DNA of 55,633 nucleotides from an uncultured Acetobacteraceae bacterium (GTDB taxonomy: Bacteria; Pseudomonadota; Alphaproteobacteria; Acetobacterales; Acetobacteraceae), in the NCBI GenBank assembly GCA_964245505.1, contig CAXTOB010000002.1, positions 1 through 55,633 of the forward strand, written 5' to 3'. The notes beneath the pieces are model-generated. The model was not told the DNA's origin, did not search any database, and was given only the letters and a program-made list of their open reading frames with translations. This document shows, in pieces, positions 38,201-46,987 of this stretch. The position numbers were made by a program, and so were the translations under genes. How positions within the stretch are numbered: the first letter of the stretch is position 1; the number at the start of each line of letters is the position of its first letter.

Positions 38201-39384
38201 CAGAGATTGCGCGCTTCGCCCCGACGCTCACGACCCACCGGCTGTCCGCGGCCGGTGACCGTGCGGCGCTGGTCGCCGGCCTGGGACCTCGCGACGTCCT
38301 GGTGTGCAGCTATGGCCTGCTGCACGGAAACGCGGAGCTGCTGGGCGGGCGACCCTGGCAGGTTGCGGTGCTGGACGAAGCGCAGGCGATCAAGAACGCC
38401 GACAGCAAGCGGGCGCAGGCCAGCCTGGCGTTGCAGGCCGGCTTCCGCCTGGCGCTGAGCGGCACCCCCGTGGAGAACGACCTCGACGAGCTGTGGAGCC
38501 TGTTCAACTTCGTGAACCCGGGCCTGCTCGGCTCGCGTGAGGGGTTCGGCAAGCGCTTCGCCACGCCCATTGAGCGGGACCGCGACGCCCAGGCGCGTCA
38601 GGCGCTGCGCTCGCTGATCCGGCCCTTCCTGCTGCGCCGGACCAAGACAGCCGTGCTGAGCGAGTTGCCGCCGCGCACCGAGCAGACCATGCAGGTCGAG
38701 ATGGGCGACGCGGAACGCGCCTTCTACGAGGCCATGCGGCAGCGGGCGCTGGAGAACATCGCGGCACTCGACGCGCCCCAGGGCAAGCGCAAGATACACA
38801 TCCTCGCCGAGATCACCCGGTTGCGCCGGGCCTGCTGCAACCCCGCCCTGATCGACCCTGCGGCCGGCCTGCCGAGCGGCAAGCTGGATGCCTTCCTCGA
38901 CCTGGTGGACGACCTGCTGCGCAACCGGCACCGTGCACTGGTGTTCAGCCAGTTCGTCGGCCACTTCGGGCTGATGCGCGCGGCGCTGGACGCCCGCGGC
39001 ATCCGGTATGAGTACCTGGACGGCAGCACCCCATCGGCGGAGCGCGAGCGCCGGGTCGCGGCCTTCCAGGCAGGCGGGGCGGAGCTGTTCCTCATCAGCC
39101 TGCGCGCCGGCGGCACCGGGCTGAACCTGACCGCGGCGGACTACGTGATCCACCTCGACCCGTGGTGGAACCCGGCGGTCGAGGACCAGGCCTCGGACCG
39201 GGCGCACCGCATCGGCCAAGAGCGTCCGGTGACGATCTACCGCCTGATCATGCAGGACAGCATCGAGGAGCGGATCGTGCGCCTGCATCGCGACAAGCGC
39301 GACCTGGCCTCCGACCTGCTGGAAGGGGCGGAAACCAGCGCGCGGCTGAGCGAGGAGGAGCTGCTCGACCTGATCCGCGCGTGA
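35218..39384 (+). CDS. SNF2 family helicase (1388 aa)
   Basis: Motif I LADDMGLGKT, motif II DEAQAIKN, then LSGTPVEN. Helicase-C region SLRAGGTGLNLTAADYVIHLDPWWNPAVEDQASDRAHRIGQ. Start set at ATG 35218, downstream of repeat E2. The ORF track begins at 34981. Confidence 0.85.
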   Translation: MTVLRKHPSEADLWHRYTNLPASSKQVLRLKSLVFLPTNKTVFLDCLTKSGLRAPDGKAWASRSLNVILEELLDQGLLTEDLSCPPALLHPVAIDAAASTEGEALVAAVLRAFPARRNMSYYSFGEQLDCDAVRRLIRLAIYANDAAGFSTNLDLHHKKCDASRATDLLGRSFATVPLALGWLASRHPVIQLALLDVKLSAFLHSGVPGPDLPPLLDHYRAQQDKEDFAAGRPALLLLDLLAGKLDDVQRGIAAVEDPVGTIRQAFEGTVAFLHGRNDAALQHYRDALKLHRKHVGKRKVFLDGVHGLFFLMALLRANDAALQAEAQAGLDAELSSPSAYAGGFRALQALLWLAQGLEPKAREMLGQLRAAMPAEPLSAACVVLAEHAVDARLTHVHQADLDARFKRLQVPLPLVARIYAEILASVATSPGPYTAYLSEAGQGVEIAFTQIIQVRQPWERALESLDAFLGAGTSKAASGPAPQKAKRLAWFLDPNTQEVEVAEQSAKGRDGWTDGRPVAMKRLHERDPRLDYLTEQDRTALRSIRKETTGWYGDESYYFDTLRTIPALVGHPAVFDARHRSRPIELVRYPLELVVTERRGGYHVALSHTATAPTVFLEAETPTRYRVVEFPERMLTVQDILGQRGLTVPNSARDQLVALVRRDNPALPVRDEIGATEQTALPGQPAPVVQLIRHEGGLRLTLVVRPFGAEGPAYVAGLGGRSVLASVEGQQLRANRDLPRELAERAALIEACPTLRDRAGANAQETEIADLEGCLDLLLELQAYAGPVSVEWPEGQTLRVAPLTPDKLRLRVHQDRDWFSVDGTVEVDEDQVLDMRFLLDRLGRAQGRFVPLDDGRFVALTRQMQAQLGRLAAVSEPHRAGRRVHGLGAPALDAVLEEAGEVKADAAWTRHMARIRAAEGWTPKLPPTLQAELRDYQVEGFTWMSRLARWGAGACLADDMGLGKTVQAIAVLLDHAEAGPSLVVAPTSVCPNWQAEIARFAPTLTTHRLSAAGDRAALVAGLGPRDVLVCSYGLLHGNAELLGGRPWQVAVLDEAQAIKNADSKRAQASLALQAGFRLALSGTPVENDLDELWSLFNFVNPGLLGSREGFGKRFATPIERDRDAQARQALRSLIRPFLLRRTKTAVLSELPPRTEQTMQVEMGDAERAFYEAMRQRALENIAALDAPQGKRKIHILAEITRLRRACCNPALIDPAAGLPSGKLDAFLDLVDDLLRNRHRALVFSQFVGHFGLMRAALDARGIRYEYLDGSTPSAERERRVAAFQAGGAELFLISLRAGGTGLNLTAADYVIHLDPWWNPAVEDQASDRAHRIGQERPVTIYRLIMQDSIEERIVRLHRDKRDLASDLLEGAETSARLSEEELLDLIRA

Positions 39385-39876
39385 GCGCGGGGCATCAGTG
39401 GTTTGGGTTGTCATCCCGTAATGGCGCAGCCGTTCGGGAAACTGCGATGCTGGTTCTTCCAATGCAGCACGCCATTTTCCAGCGAACACGCCGCCATCGT
39501 CACCCATCCCAAGCCTGCTTCCGCATGATCCATGCCGTCGTGAACTCGACGAAGACCCGATCCGCGCAAAGGCAACCCCATTCCTGAACCGAGAATACGG
39601 AAGGGACCGGTTCCTGACGTCGCTCGGCAAGGGTTGGTTGCCGCCGTCATGCCATCCAAGCTGCCACGGTCCAACGAGAGCCCGCCAACCTGTTAAGGCT
39701 CCTTGAGATCCAGGTACGCAGCCCGGCGCCGGCCATCTCCCGCCGGCCTCACGGCCAAGAGGCCAGCCGGTCATGAGTAGTTTCCGAACCCTCCCAGACG
39801 CTGGCCTTTGCTGTATCCACAGTCGATGGGACGGGCCTGGATAGGTCCGGCGGCGACGCGCGTGGGAGAGTCTGGA

Positions 39877-40080
39877 ATGAGCAACAGCCAGAACGACGAC
39901 CAAGCCGGGACGTCCATCGCCCAAAGCCAGCAAGCCTACGCGCTCGGCCGCATCGAGGACCTGCAATCCCTGAAAGCCTGGGAGCATGGCCTTGTCCCCC
40001 TGGTCGGCGCAGCGGTGCGGGTCCGCCAAATCCGCCGCGTTCTTGCCGCGCCGCCCCAGGCCAGCTCGCAGTCACAGTAG
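39877..40080 (+). CDS. Small hypothetical protein (67 aa)
   Basis: ATG follows GGGAGAG by 7 nt. Third codon positions are strongly G/C-rich by eye. No recognisable family. Confidence 0.35.
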   Translation: MSNSQNDDQAGTSIAQSQQAYALGRIEDLQSLKAWEHGLVPLVGAAVRVRQIRRVLAAPPQASSQSQ

Positions 40081-40088
40081 GCCATGCC

Positions 40089-40235
40089 ATGCCCGTTCAC
40101 CCCGCCGCAGAGCGGGCCGCGTTCGAGGCGCGGTTCACCGCCCGGCGAATCGCAAAGGATTCTATGGCGATCTACCAGGACCCCGCAGCCCGGCAGGTTG
40201 TACCGCGCGCCCTTCTCGCGAACGCCGCGGAATGA
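40089..40235 (+). CDS. Small hypothetical protein (48 aa), not in the ORF track
   Basis: Hand translation gives MPVHPAAERAAFEARFTARRIAKDSMAIYQDPAARQVVPRALLANAAE. Starts 8 bp after the previous stop. G/C-rich third positions, but no clear RBS. Confidence 0.2.
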   Translation: MPVHPAAERAAFEARFTARRIAKDSMAIYQDPAARQVVPRALLANAAE

Positions 40236-40271
40236 GCGGCGCGCATTGACCCGGCATTGGGTTTCCTGCCC

Positions 40272-42452
40272 ATGACCCAGCTTGGGACCATGCCAGGCGA
40301 GTTCCACATCCCTGCCGCCGCGTCGCTGCACTCCCACCGCACCCGCACGCTGAAAAGCGGCGACGCGTTCGGGGTGTTCGACACGGACGGCGACGTGCCC
40401 GGCATCCTCGGCAGCACGGACGGGCTGTATTTCCGCGACACCCGCCACCCGTCCAAGCTCGTGCTGCTCATCGGCAGCCGGCGGCCGGTGCTGCTCAGCT
40501 CCACCTTGCGCGACGACAATGCCGAGTTGACCTGCGATCTCGCCAACCCAGACCTTTACCTGGACGGCCATGGAAACGGACCGCTTGTCATTGAGCAGGA
40601 CATGCTGCACCTGCGGCGCTCCCGCTTCCTATGGCAGGCCGCCCTATATGAGCGCCTGTCGGTGCACTGCTTCGCCCAGCACGCGGTGCAGGTTAGGATC
40701 GAGCTGCACTTCGCCGCAGACTTCGCCGACCTGTTCGAGGCCCGTGGCCTGACGCGCCCCAGCCACGGCCCGCACCTCCCGCCGGAGTGCAGCGGGGACA
40801 GCGTGACCCTGGCCTATGACGGCCTGGACGGGCACTGCCGCACCACCCGACTTCGGTTCAGCCCCGTGCCGGCGTCGCTCAGCGGCCACCGCGCCGTGTT
40901 CGAATGCACCATCGCGCCCGGCGAAACCCAGCTCGTGTTCATCGAGGCCACCTGCAATGCCGCCTCAGCCACCGAGCCGCCCCCCCGCGCCTTCAAGCGG
41001 GCGCTCTATGAATCCCGCCGCCGCCTGCGCCGGGAAAGTGCCCGCGCCGCGGCGGTCGTGACCTCCAATGAGGTGTTCAACGAGGCCATGCGCCGCTCGG
41101 TCGGCGACCTTTATATGCTCGTTACCGACAAGGACACCGGCCCCTATCCCTATGCCGGCGTGCCCTGGTTCTGTGCCGCCTTCGGGCGGGACGCGCTGGT
41201 GACGGCGCTGCAAACCCTGTGGATCGACCCTTCCATCACCTGCGGCGTACTGGCCTACCTGGCCAAGAACCAGGCGACCGCTACCGATCCGGCTGCCGAC
41301 GCCGAACCCGGCAAGATCCTGCACGAGGTACGCCACGGCGAGATGGCGGAACTGGGCGAGGTGCCGTTCCGCCGCTATTACGGCAGCGTGGACAGCACGC
41401 CGCTGTTCATCATGCTGGCCGGCGCCTACCTCGACCGTACTGGCGACCTGGCGACGGTCGCCGGACTTTGACCCAACATCCTGGCCGCGCTGGCGTGGCT
41501 TGATGGGCCGGGCGACCGCGACGGCGACGGCTTCGTCGAGTATCACCGGCAGACGCCGGAGGGCCTGGCCAACCAGGGCTGGAAAGACAGCCACGACTCC
41601 ATCTTCCATGCCGATGGTGCCCTGGCGACGGGCGCCATCGCGCTCGCGGAGGTGCAGGGTTATGCCTATGCCGCGCGCCGGGCAGCAGCCGGCATCGCCC
41701 GCAAAATGGGCCATGCAGCGGAGGCAGACGCCCTGGATGCCTGCGCTGCCGCCCTGCAGGTGGCGTTCGAGGCGGCATTCTGGTGCGAGGACATCGGCAC
41801 CTATGCCATTGCCCTGGATGGCGCGAAGCGGCCCTGCCGGGTGCGCGCGTCCAACGCCGGGCACCTGTTGCTGACCGGCATCGCCGCGCCGGAGCATGGC
41901 CTGCTGGTTGCGGCGCAACTGCTGTCCCGGCCTTTCTTAAGCGGCTGGGGCGTGCGGACGCTGGCGGCAGGCGAGCCGCGCTACAATCCCATGAGCTACC
42001 ACAACGGCTCCGTTTGGCCGCACGACAACGCGCTGATCACGCTGGGCCTGGCGCGCTACGGCTGCCGGGAAGAGGCCGCACGGCTGTTCGGCGCCATGTT
42101 CGACGCCTGCCAGGCCACCGAGCTGCGGCGCCTGCCGGAGCTGTTCTGCGGCTTCCCCCGCCGCCGGGCGCAGGCGCCGGTGGACTACCCGGTCGCGTGT
42201 TCCCCGCAGGCCTGGTCCGCGACGGCGCTGCTGGCGATGCTGCAGGCCTGCCTGGGTCTAAGCTTCGACCCGGGCAGCCGAACGGTGCGCTTCACCCGGC
42301 CGATCCTGCCCGCGTGCCTGGACGAGGTGTCCCTGCTGAACCTGGAGGTCGGGGGTGCCCACATCAGCGTCAGGCTGCGCCGGGCCGGCAACGAGGTGGC
42401 GATGAACGTGACCAGCCGCACCGGAGGCATCCAAGCCGTGCTGGTGAGCTGA
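40272..42452 (+). pseudogene. Amylo-alpha-1,6-glucosidase / glycogen-debranching-type enzyme interrupted by an in-frame TGA
   Basis: ORFs 40257-41471 and 41652-42452 are in the same frame. The intervening sequence translates as PNILAALAWLDGPGDRDGDGFVEYHRQTPEGLANQGWKDSHDS. The only break is TGA 41469-41471. Confidence 0.8.
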
Positions 42453-42697
42453 CAGCGTCGGGTATGCACTCACCTGGCGCCAGCGCTCTCATCAGGCCGT
42501 ATCGTCCGTGGCCAAGCCAGTTCTCGGTGGAAGCAAAGCCTTCTAGGCAACCGTCATGCCGCAGCGAACGTTGCCGCAAGCCAGATGAAGCCGGGTCGGA
42601 ACAACATACAATCGCTGCTTGGGTTCACACAGCGTTTACCAACAGGCACACTCGACTCGGTGCTGCGGGCTGGCCGGCGCTACTGCCCTCGGCTGGC

Positions 42698-42900
42698 GGA
42701 GGTCCCTTGCGAACGGGTAAGAAGTGAACGCCACGGTCCCGCGGAAAGGTATATCCGGGAGCAGGTCGGCGCCTGCCCCCACAACTGCCAACAGCAAGTC
42801 GTCAGTCCGTCGGCCCTATTGGGGCAGTTACCAGACAAGGCAGGTTCGGGAAAGCAGGACTGTGGTGTTGAGCCGTGAGCCAGAGGACCTGCCTTCCTCG
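42698..42900 (+). promoter_or_regulatory. Cobalamin (B12) riboswitch candidate
   Basis: B12-box-like agccagaggacctgcc (42878-42893). Core-like cctgcccccacaactgcc (42772-42789). Upstream ggtccc...gaacgggtaagaagtgaa. Sits directly 5' of the NiCoT gene. Confidence 0.6.
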
Positions 42901-42938
42901 CGCGAGCCAACGCCGCCGGGCGGGGGTCAATCGGAGGT

Positions 42939-44015
42939 ATGAAGACGACGATGCGGACGTTGATGCGCCTCACCTTCGATGACCAGGCGCAGAGCCTGCG
43001 CAGCCGGCTGATCCCGCTCTATACGCTGCTGATCTTATCCAACGTCGCTGTCTGGGTATGGGCGCTCTACATCTTCCGCCATCAGCCGGTGCTGCTCGGC
43101 ACCGCGCTGCTTGCTTACAGTTTTGGCTTGCGGCATGCCGTCGATGCGGACCACATCGCCGCAATCGACAACGTCACCCGCAAGCTGATGCAGGAAGGCA
43201 AGCGACCGATTACCGTCGGTTTCTGGTTCTCGATCGGCCACTCCACCGTGGTGGTGCTTGCGGCGCTGGCCATCGCGGTGACGACGACCCAGCTCGCCGA
43301 CCATTTCGTGGCATGGAAGGACATCGGCGGCATCATCGGCACATCCGTCTCGACGCTGTTCCTGTTCGCGGTCGCCGCCATGAACATCGTCATCCTGCTC
43401 AGCGTCTGGAAGACCTTCCGCCATGTGAAACGCGGCGGGGTGTTCGAGGAGCAGGACTTCGACGTTCTGCTCAACAGCCGCGGCCTGCTGGCCCGCCTGT
43501 TCCGGCCCGTGTTCCGCCTCGTCAGTCAGAGTTGGCACATGCTGCCGCTGGGCTTCCTGTTCGGCCTAGGCTTCGACACTGCCACCGAGGTCGCCCTGCT
43601 CGGCATCTCGGCCACCCAGGCCGGCGAGGGCATGTCGGTCTGGTCGATCATGGTCTTCCCGGCGCTATTTGCTGCCGGAATGTCTCTCATCGACACGACG
43701 GACGGCGTGCTTATGCTCGGCGCCTACAACTGGGCCTTCATCAAGCCGATGCGGAAGCTCTACTACAACCTGGTCATCACTACGGTGTCGGTGGTCGTGG
43801 CAGTGCTGATCGGCGGCATTGAGGGCCTGGGCCTTCTTGGCGACCAGCTCGGCCTCACTGGCTGGTTCTGGAACGGCATCGGCACGCTGAACGACAACTT
43901 CAACGGGCTGGGATTCGTGATTATCGGCGTGTTCATCTTTGCCTGGGTAGCCTCGCTTGTCATCTACCGTTACTCGCGCCTCGATGACTTCGAGGTTGCA
44001 CCGACCAAGGGTTGA
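42939..44015 (+). CDS. HoxN/HupN/NixA (NiCoT) family nickel/cobalt transporter
   Basis: 358 aa. Signature RHAVDADHIAAIDN and LGFLFGLGFDTATEV. GGAGG RBS. Confidence 0.9.
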   Translation: MKTTMRTLMRLTFDDQAQSLRSRLIPLYTLLILSNVAVWVWALYIFRHQPVLLGTALLAYSFGLRHAVDADHIAAIDNVTRKLMQEGKRPITVGFWFSIGHSTVVVLAALAIAVTTTQLADHFVAWKDIGGIIGTSVSTLFLFAVAAMNIVILLSVWKTFRHVKRGGVFEEQDFDVLLNSRGLLARLFRPVFRLVSQSWHMLPLGFLFGLGFDTATEVALLGISATQAGEGMSVWSIMVFPALFAAGMSLIDTTDGVLMLGAYNWAFIKPMRKLYYNLVITTVSVVVAVLIGGIEGLGLLGDQLGLTGWFWNGIGTLNDNFNGLGFVIIGVFIFAWVASLVIYRYSRLDDFEVAPTKG

Positions 44016-44157
44016 CGAGGCAGCGGCTGACGAGGGTTGAGCCAGCATCCCACTGCGGCTCAGATGCAGCCGGATATGACGATCTACAATGGCGTGTTTC
44101 TTTCACGCCGATGCTGATCGTCGAATTCGTCCTGGAACTGGTCATTCGTTACGATTT

Positions 44158-44337
44158 ACAATCCTCCGAAAGTCCCGGCCGCTCACAAGCGGCATCGTCG
44201 TTGCAAGCCGCCCGTGCGGCGTGGCAATCCAGGAATGCACGCCCAGGTCTTGCTGTCCTGGATCGCCGCGCCGAAGCCGGCTCCCAATGACCATGGCCAG
44301 CTAGGATCGCCAAGTCAGAACGTCCAGCGGCTGGTAC
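44158..44337. repeat. Nested-palindrome element E3a (type II outer arms)
   Basis: Arms caatcctccgaaagtcccggccgc / gtcagaacgtccagcggctggtac flank the inner palindrome gtcgttgcaag...ggcaatccagga / tcctggatcgcc...ctcccaatgac. The arms resemble those of E4. Confidence 0.6.
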
Positions 44338-44338
44338 A

Positions 44339-44507
44339 ATACCAACGGCCATTCGCACTGCCCCCTGCGTTGCCGAGCCATCATGACGAGCCGCATCTGC
44401 AACGCGGCAATCATGGGCCGCCAGCACGGTCCTTGCCACCACGGATTGCCGCGTCGCTTCCGCTCCTCGCAATAACGGAAACGGTCAGAGCGAAGGGCCT
44501 TGGGTAT
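44339..44507. repeat. Nested-palindrome element E3b (type I outer arms)
   Basis: Left arm ataccaacggccattcgcactgcccc. Inner catcatgacgag...ggcaatcatgg / acggattgcc...ctcgcaataacg. Right arm gaaacggtcagagcgaagggccttgggtat. Confidence 0.65.
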
Positions 44508-44628
44508 AAGTCACGCCCCCAAGGAGATCTCCGACCCGCGTAGCCCGCTGCCAAGCTGGCGATGCTGCATCAGAAAACTCCAGGAACCGGCCAATACTTG
44601 AACCGCCGGTCCAAGCGCAAGCCACCGG

Positions 44629-46710
44629 CTACTCCGCGGCCAGCATGGCGGCGCCGGCTGCCTCAACCCGCATCCACACCGCAGTGTCATGGAACACCGC
44701 ACCGCCCGCGGGAAGCGCCGGTTCGTCGCTGGTCAGCACGTTGATGCCGTGCTGCGCGCCGCCGAACGCCTCGGCAGGCCAGATGCTCTCCACCACCACT
44801 GTCCCCCGTGTCTGCCCCGGCACGTGGCGCGCGTGCAGCACCACCTCGCCGCGCGTGTTGCCCAGCCGCATCAGGGCGCCGTCCGCAATGCCGAACTCCA
44901 CGGCGTCCTCCGGGCAGATCAACGCCTGCGGCCGGCCCTCCCGCTTCCGGGCGGTCGGCGTCTCGGTGAAGGTGGAATTCAGGAACTGCCGGGCGGGCGC
45001 GGCCACAAGGCGCATCGGCCGCTCCCTGGTCGCCCCGTCCGTCAGCGGCGCATAATCCGGTAGCGCCGGCAGCTTGCCCTCCATGTCGCCCAGCGCCCGC
45101 CAGTCCGCGCGGAAATGAAACTTGCCGTCCTTGTGCCCGAAGCCGTCCAGGAAGTGCGCCTTCTGAAACGGGAGCTGCACATCTACCCAGCGCCGGGCCG
45201 CAAGCTCGGCAGCGGACGGGTAGCCGGAGGCGCGCAGGGTCGCGTCCGCCAGCTCCAGCTCGGTCATGACGAAGGTCGGGTGCTCCAAACCGAAGCGCCC
45301 CGCCAATGCGCAGACCAGGTCGTGGTTGGACCGCGCCTCGCCGGGTGGGTCTATGACGCGCAGGCCGATCTGGATGTGGCTGTGCCCGCCGGCCTGGTAG
45401 ATGTCGTCGTGCTCCAGGAAGGTCGTCGCCGGCAGCACGATGTCCGCATAGCGCGCGGTCTCGGTCATGAACTGCTCGTGCACGACGGTGAACAGGTCGT
45501 CCCGCATCAGCCCCTGCCGCACCCGGTTGCTATCGGGGCAGACGGAGGCCGGATTGCCGCTTTGCACCAGCAGGGCGTGGACCGGCCCGCCACCCATCAG
45601 CGCGTCCGGGTCGCCGGTCAGAATGCTGGCAATCCGGCTCATGTCCAGCTCGCGGATCAACAGGTCGCGCAGCGCCGTGCCCTCGATCAGCGACTTGTCC
45701 CAGGTATAGATGCCCTTGTTGTTCCACAGAGCACCCCCGCCCTCATGCCGCCACTTGCCGGTGACGGTTGGCAGGCAGGTGACGGCGTGCATGGACGCCG
45801 CCCCGTTGCGCCCGCGGGTGAAGCCGAAGCCGGCGCGGATGTAGGCGCGGGGCGTCGGGTTATACAGCGCCGCGAACGCCTCGATCTGCCCGACCGACAG
45901 GCCGGTGATGGCTGCTGCCCAGGCCGGCCCGCGGGTGCGGAGGTGGGCCTCCACCGCCGCCGGGTCGTCGGCATATTCGGCCATGTAGGCCCGGTCGGCA
46001 TACCCGTCGCGGAAGGCGCAGTGCATGACGGCGCAGGCCAGCGCCGCGTCCGTGCCGGGACGGACGGCGAGGTGCAAATCGGCAGCAGCCGCCGTGCCGG
46101 TGCGGTAGGGGTCCACCACCACCAGCTTCGCGCCACGCTCCTTGCGGGCGCGGGTGACGTGCGACATGACGTTGACCTGGGTGGACACCGGGTTGGTGCC
46201 CCACAGCACGTTCAGGTCCGCCACCGCCATCTCCCGCGAGTCCGAGCCGCTGACCCGGCCGCAGCCCGCCATCCAACCGGCCGTCGCGATGGTGCTGCAG
46301 ATCGTGCCCTTGCGCCCGGACCAGCGCATGGCGTGGCGCAGCCGGAAGATGCCGTCCCGGTTCACCAAGCCCATCGTGCCGGCGGAACTGTAGGGCCACA
46401 CCGCCTCGGTGCCATGCCGGGCCGCAGCCTCTGTGAACCCGGCCACGATGCGGTCGAGCGCCTCATCCCAGGTAATGCGGCGGAACTGCCCGGCGCCCTT
46501 CGGCCCCGTCCGCAGCAGGGGATGCAGCAGCCGTTCGGGATGATGCACGCGCTCCGCATAGCGGGCGACCTTGTTGCAGACGACGCCGGCCGTATAGGGG
46601 TTGTCCGCCCCGCGCACCATGCCGATGGTGCGCCGGTCCAGCACCTCCACGTCCAGGGCGCAGGTGCTGGGGCAATCGTGCGGGCAAACGGAGGGGCGGG
46701 TCTCGGGCAT
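44629..46710 (-). CDS. Molybdopterin-dependent oxidoreductase (DMSO reductase superfamily)
   Basis: Start MPETRPSVCPHDCPSTCAL (ATG 46710) after AGGAA. N-terminal Cys cluster for a 4Fe-4S centre. Molybdopterin-binding body and C-terminal dinucleotide-binding barrel. Confidence 0.85.
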   Translation of the reverse strand: MPETRPSVCPHDCPSTCALDVEVLDRRTIGMVRGADNPYTAGVVCNKVARYAERVHHPERLLHPLLRTGPKGAGQFRRITWDEALDRIVAGFTEAAARHGTEAVWPYSSAGTMGLVNRDGIFRLRHAMRWSGRKGTICSTIATAGWMAGCGRVSGSDSREMAVADLNVLWGTNPVSTQVNVMSHVTRARKERGAKLVVVDPYRTGTAAAADLHLAVRPGTDAALACAVMHCAFRDGYADRAYMAEYADDPAAVEAHLRTRGPAWAAAITGLSVGQIEAFAALYNPTPRAYIRAGFGFTRGRNGAASMHAVTCLPTVTGKWRHEGGGALWNNKGIYTWDKSLIEGTALRDLLIRELDMSRIASILTGDPDALMGGGPVHALLVQSGNPASVCPDSNRVRQGLMRDDLFTVVHEQFMTETARYADIVLPATTFLEHDDIYQAGGHSHIQIGLRVIDPPGEARSNHDLVCALAGRFGLEHPTFVMTELELADATLRASGYPSAAELAARRWVDVQLPFQKAHFLDGFGHKDGKFHFRADWRALGDMEGKLPALPDYAPLTDGATRERPMRLVAAPARQFLNSTFTETPTARKREGRPQALICPEDAVEFGIADGALMRLGNTRGEVVLHARHVPGQTRGTVVVESIWPAEAFGGAQHGINVLTSDEPALPAGGAVFHDTAVWMRVEAAGAAMLAAE

Positions 46711-46987
46711 GGATCGTGGTTCCTGTCGCTTGCTTGGATGAGACGCCTTGGTCAAACCCGACTGCCTGGATGGCTCCATCCAGGACCGGAAGCATGGCGA
46801 TGATGTCGCAAGCTCAGCGTTCAGCACCAGGGTGCCGGAAGGTCAGCGATGCTGCCAGTCTAATTTTACACCATGACCAGTTGTCCACGACTTATGCATC
46901 GAGGCGTTGCACGAAGCGGGCGTGCCCAAGGATTTCGGCCTGGAGGAGTTCTTCGAGACCAAGGCGGTGATCGGCTACGCCGCCGCG

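Noticed and set aside
39411-39674. 87-aa minus-strand ORF after the SNF2 gene
   Set aside because: Its third-position G/C is clearly lower than in the real genes here. It has no RBS and no recognisable sequence features.
38101-40029. 642-aa minus-strand ORF
   Set aside because: It is antisense to the SNF2 helicase C-terminal motifs and is a shadow ORF.
35218-40235. SNF2 helicase as part of a phage-defence system (DISARM, Zorya or similar)
   Set aside because: None of the obligatory partner genes is adjacent: no methyltransferase, phospholipase D/nuclease, DUF1998 or MotAB-like genes. The flanks are metabolic genes and repeats.
41469-41471. TGA in the glucosidase gene as selenocysteine or programmed recoding
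   Set aside because: The position appears to correspond to Trp in the family rather than Cys/Sec. I see no convincing stem-loop immediately downstream. A simple G-to-A change from TGG explains it.
45115-46803. 562-aa plus-strand ORF
   Set aside because: It is antisense to the molybdopterin oxidoreductase and is a shadow ORF.
46711-46876. Moco riboswitch in front of the molybdoenzyme gene
   Set aside because: I could not recognise the conserved Moco-motif elements in this leader. Only a simple palindrome is present, and it is reported separately.
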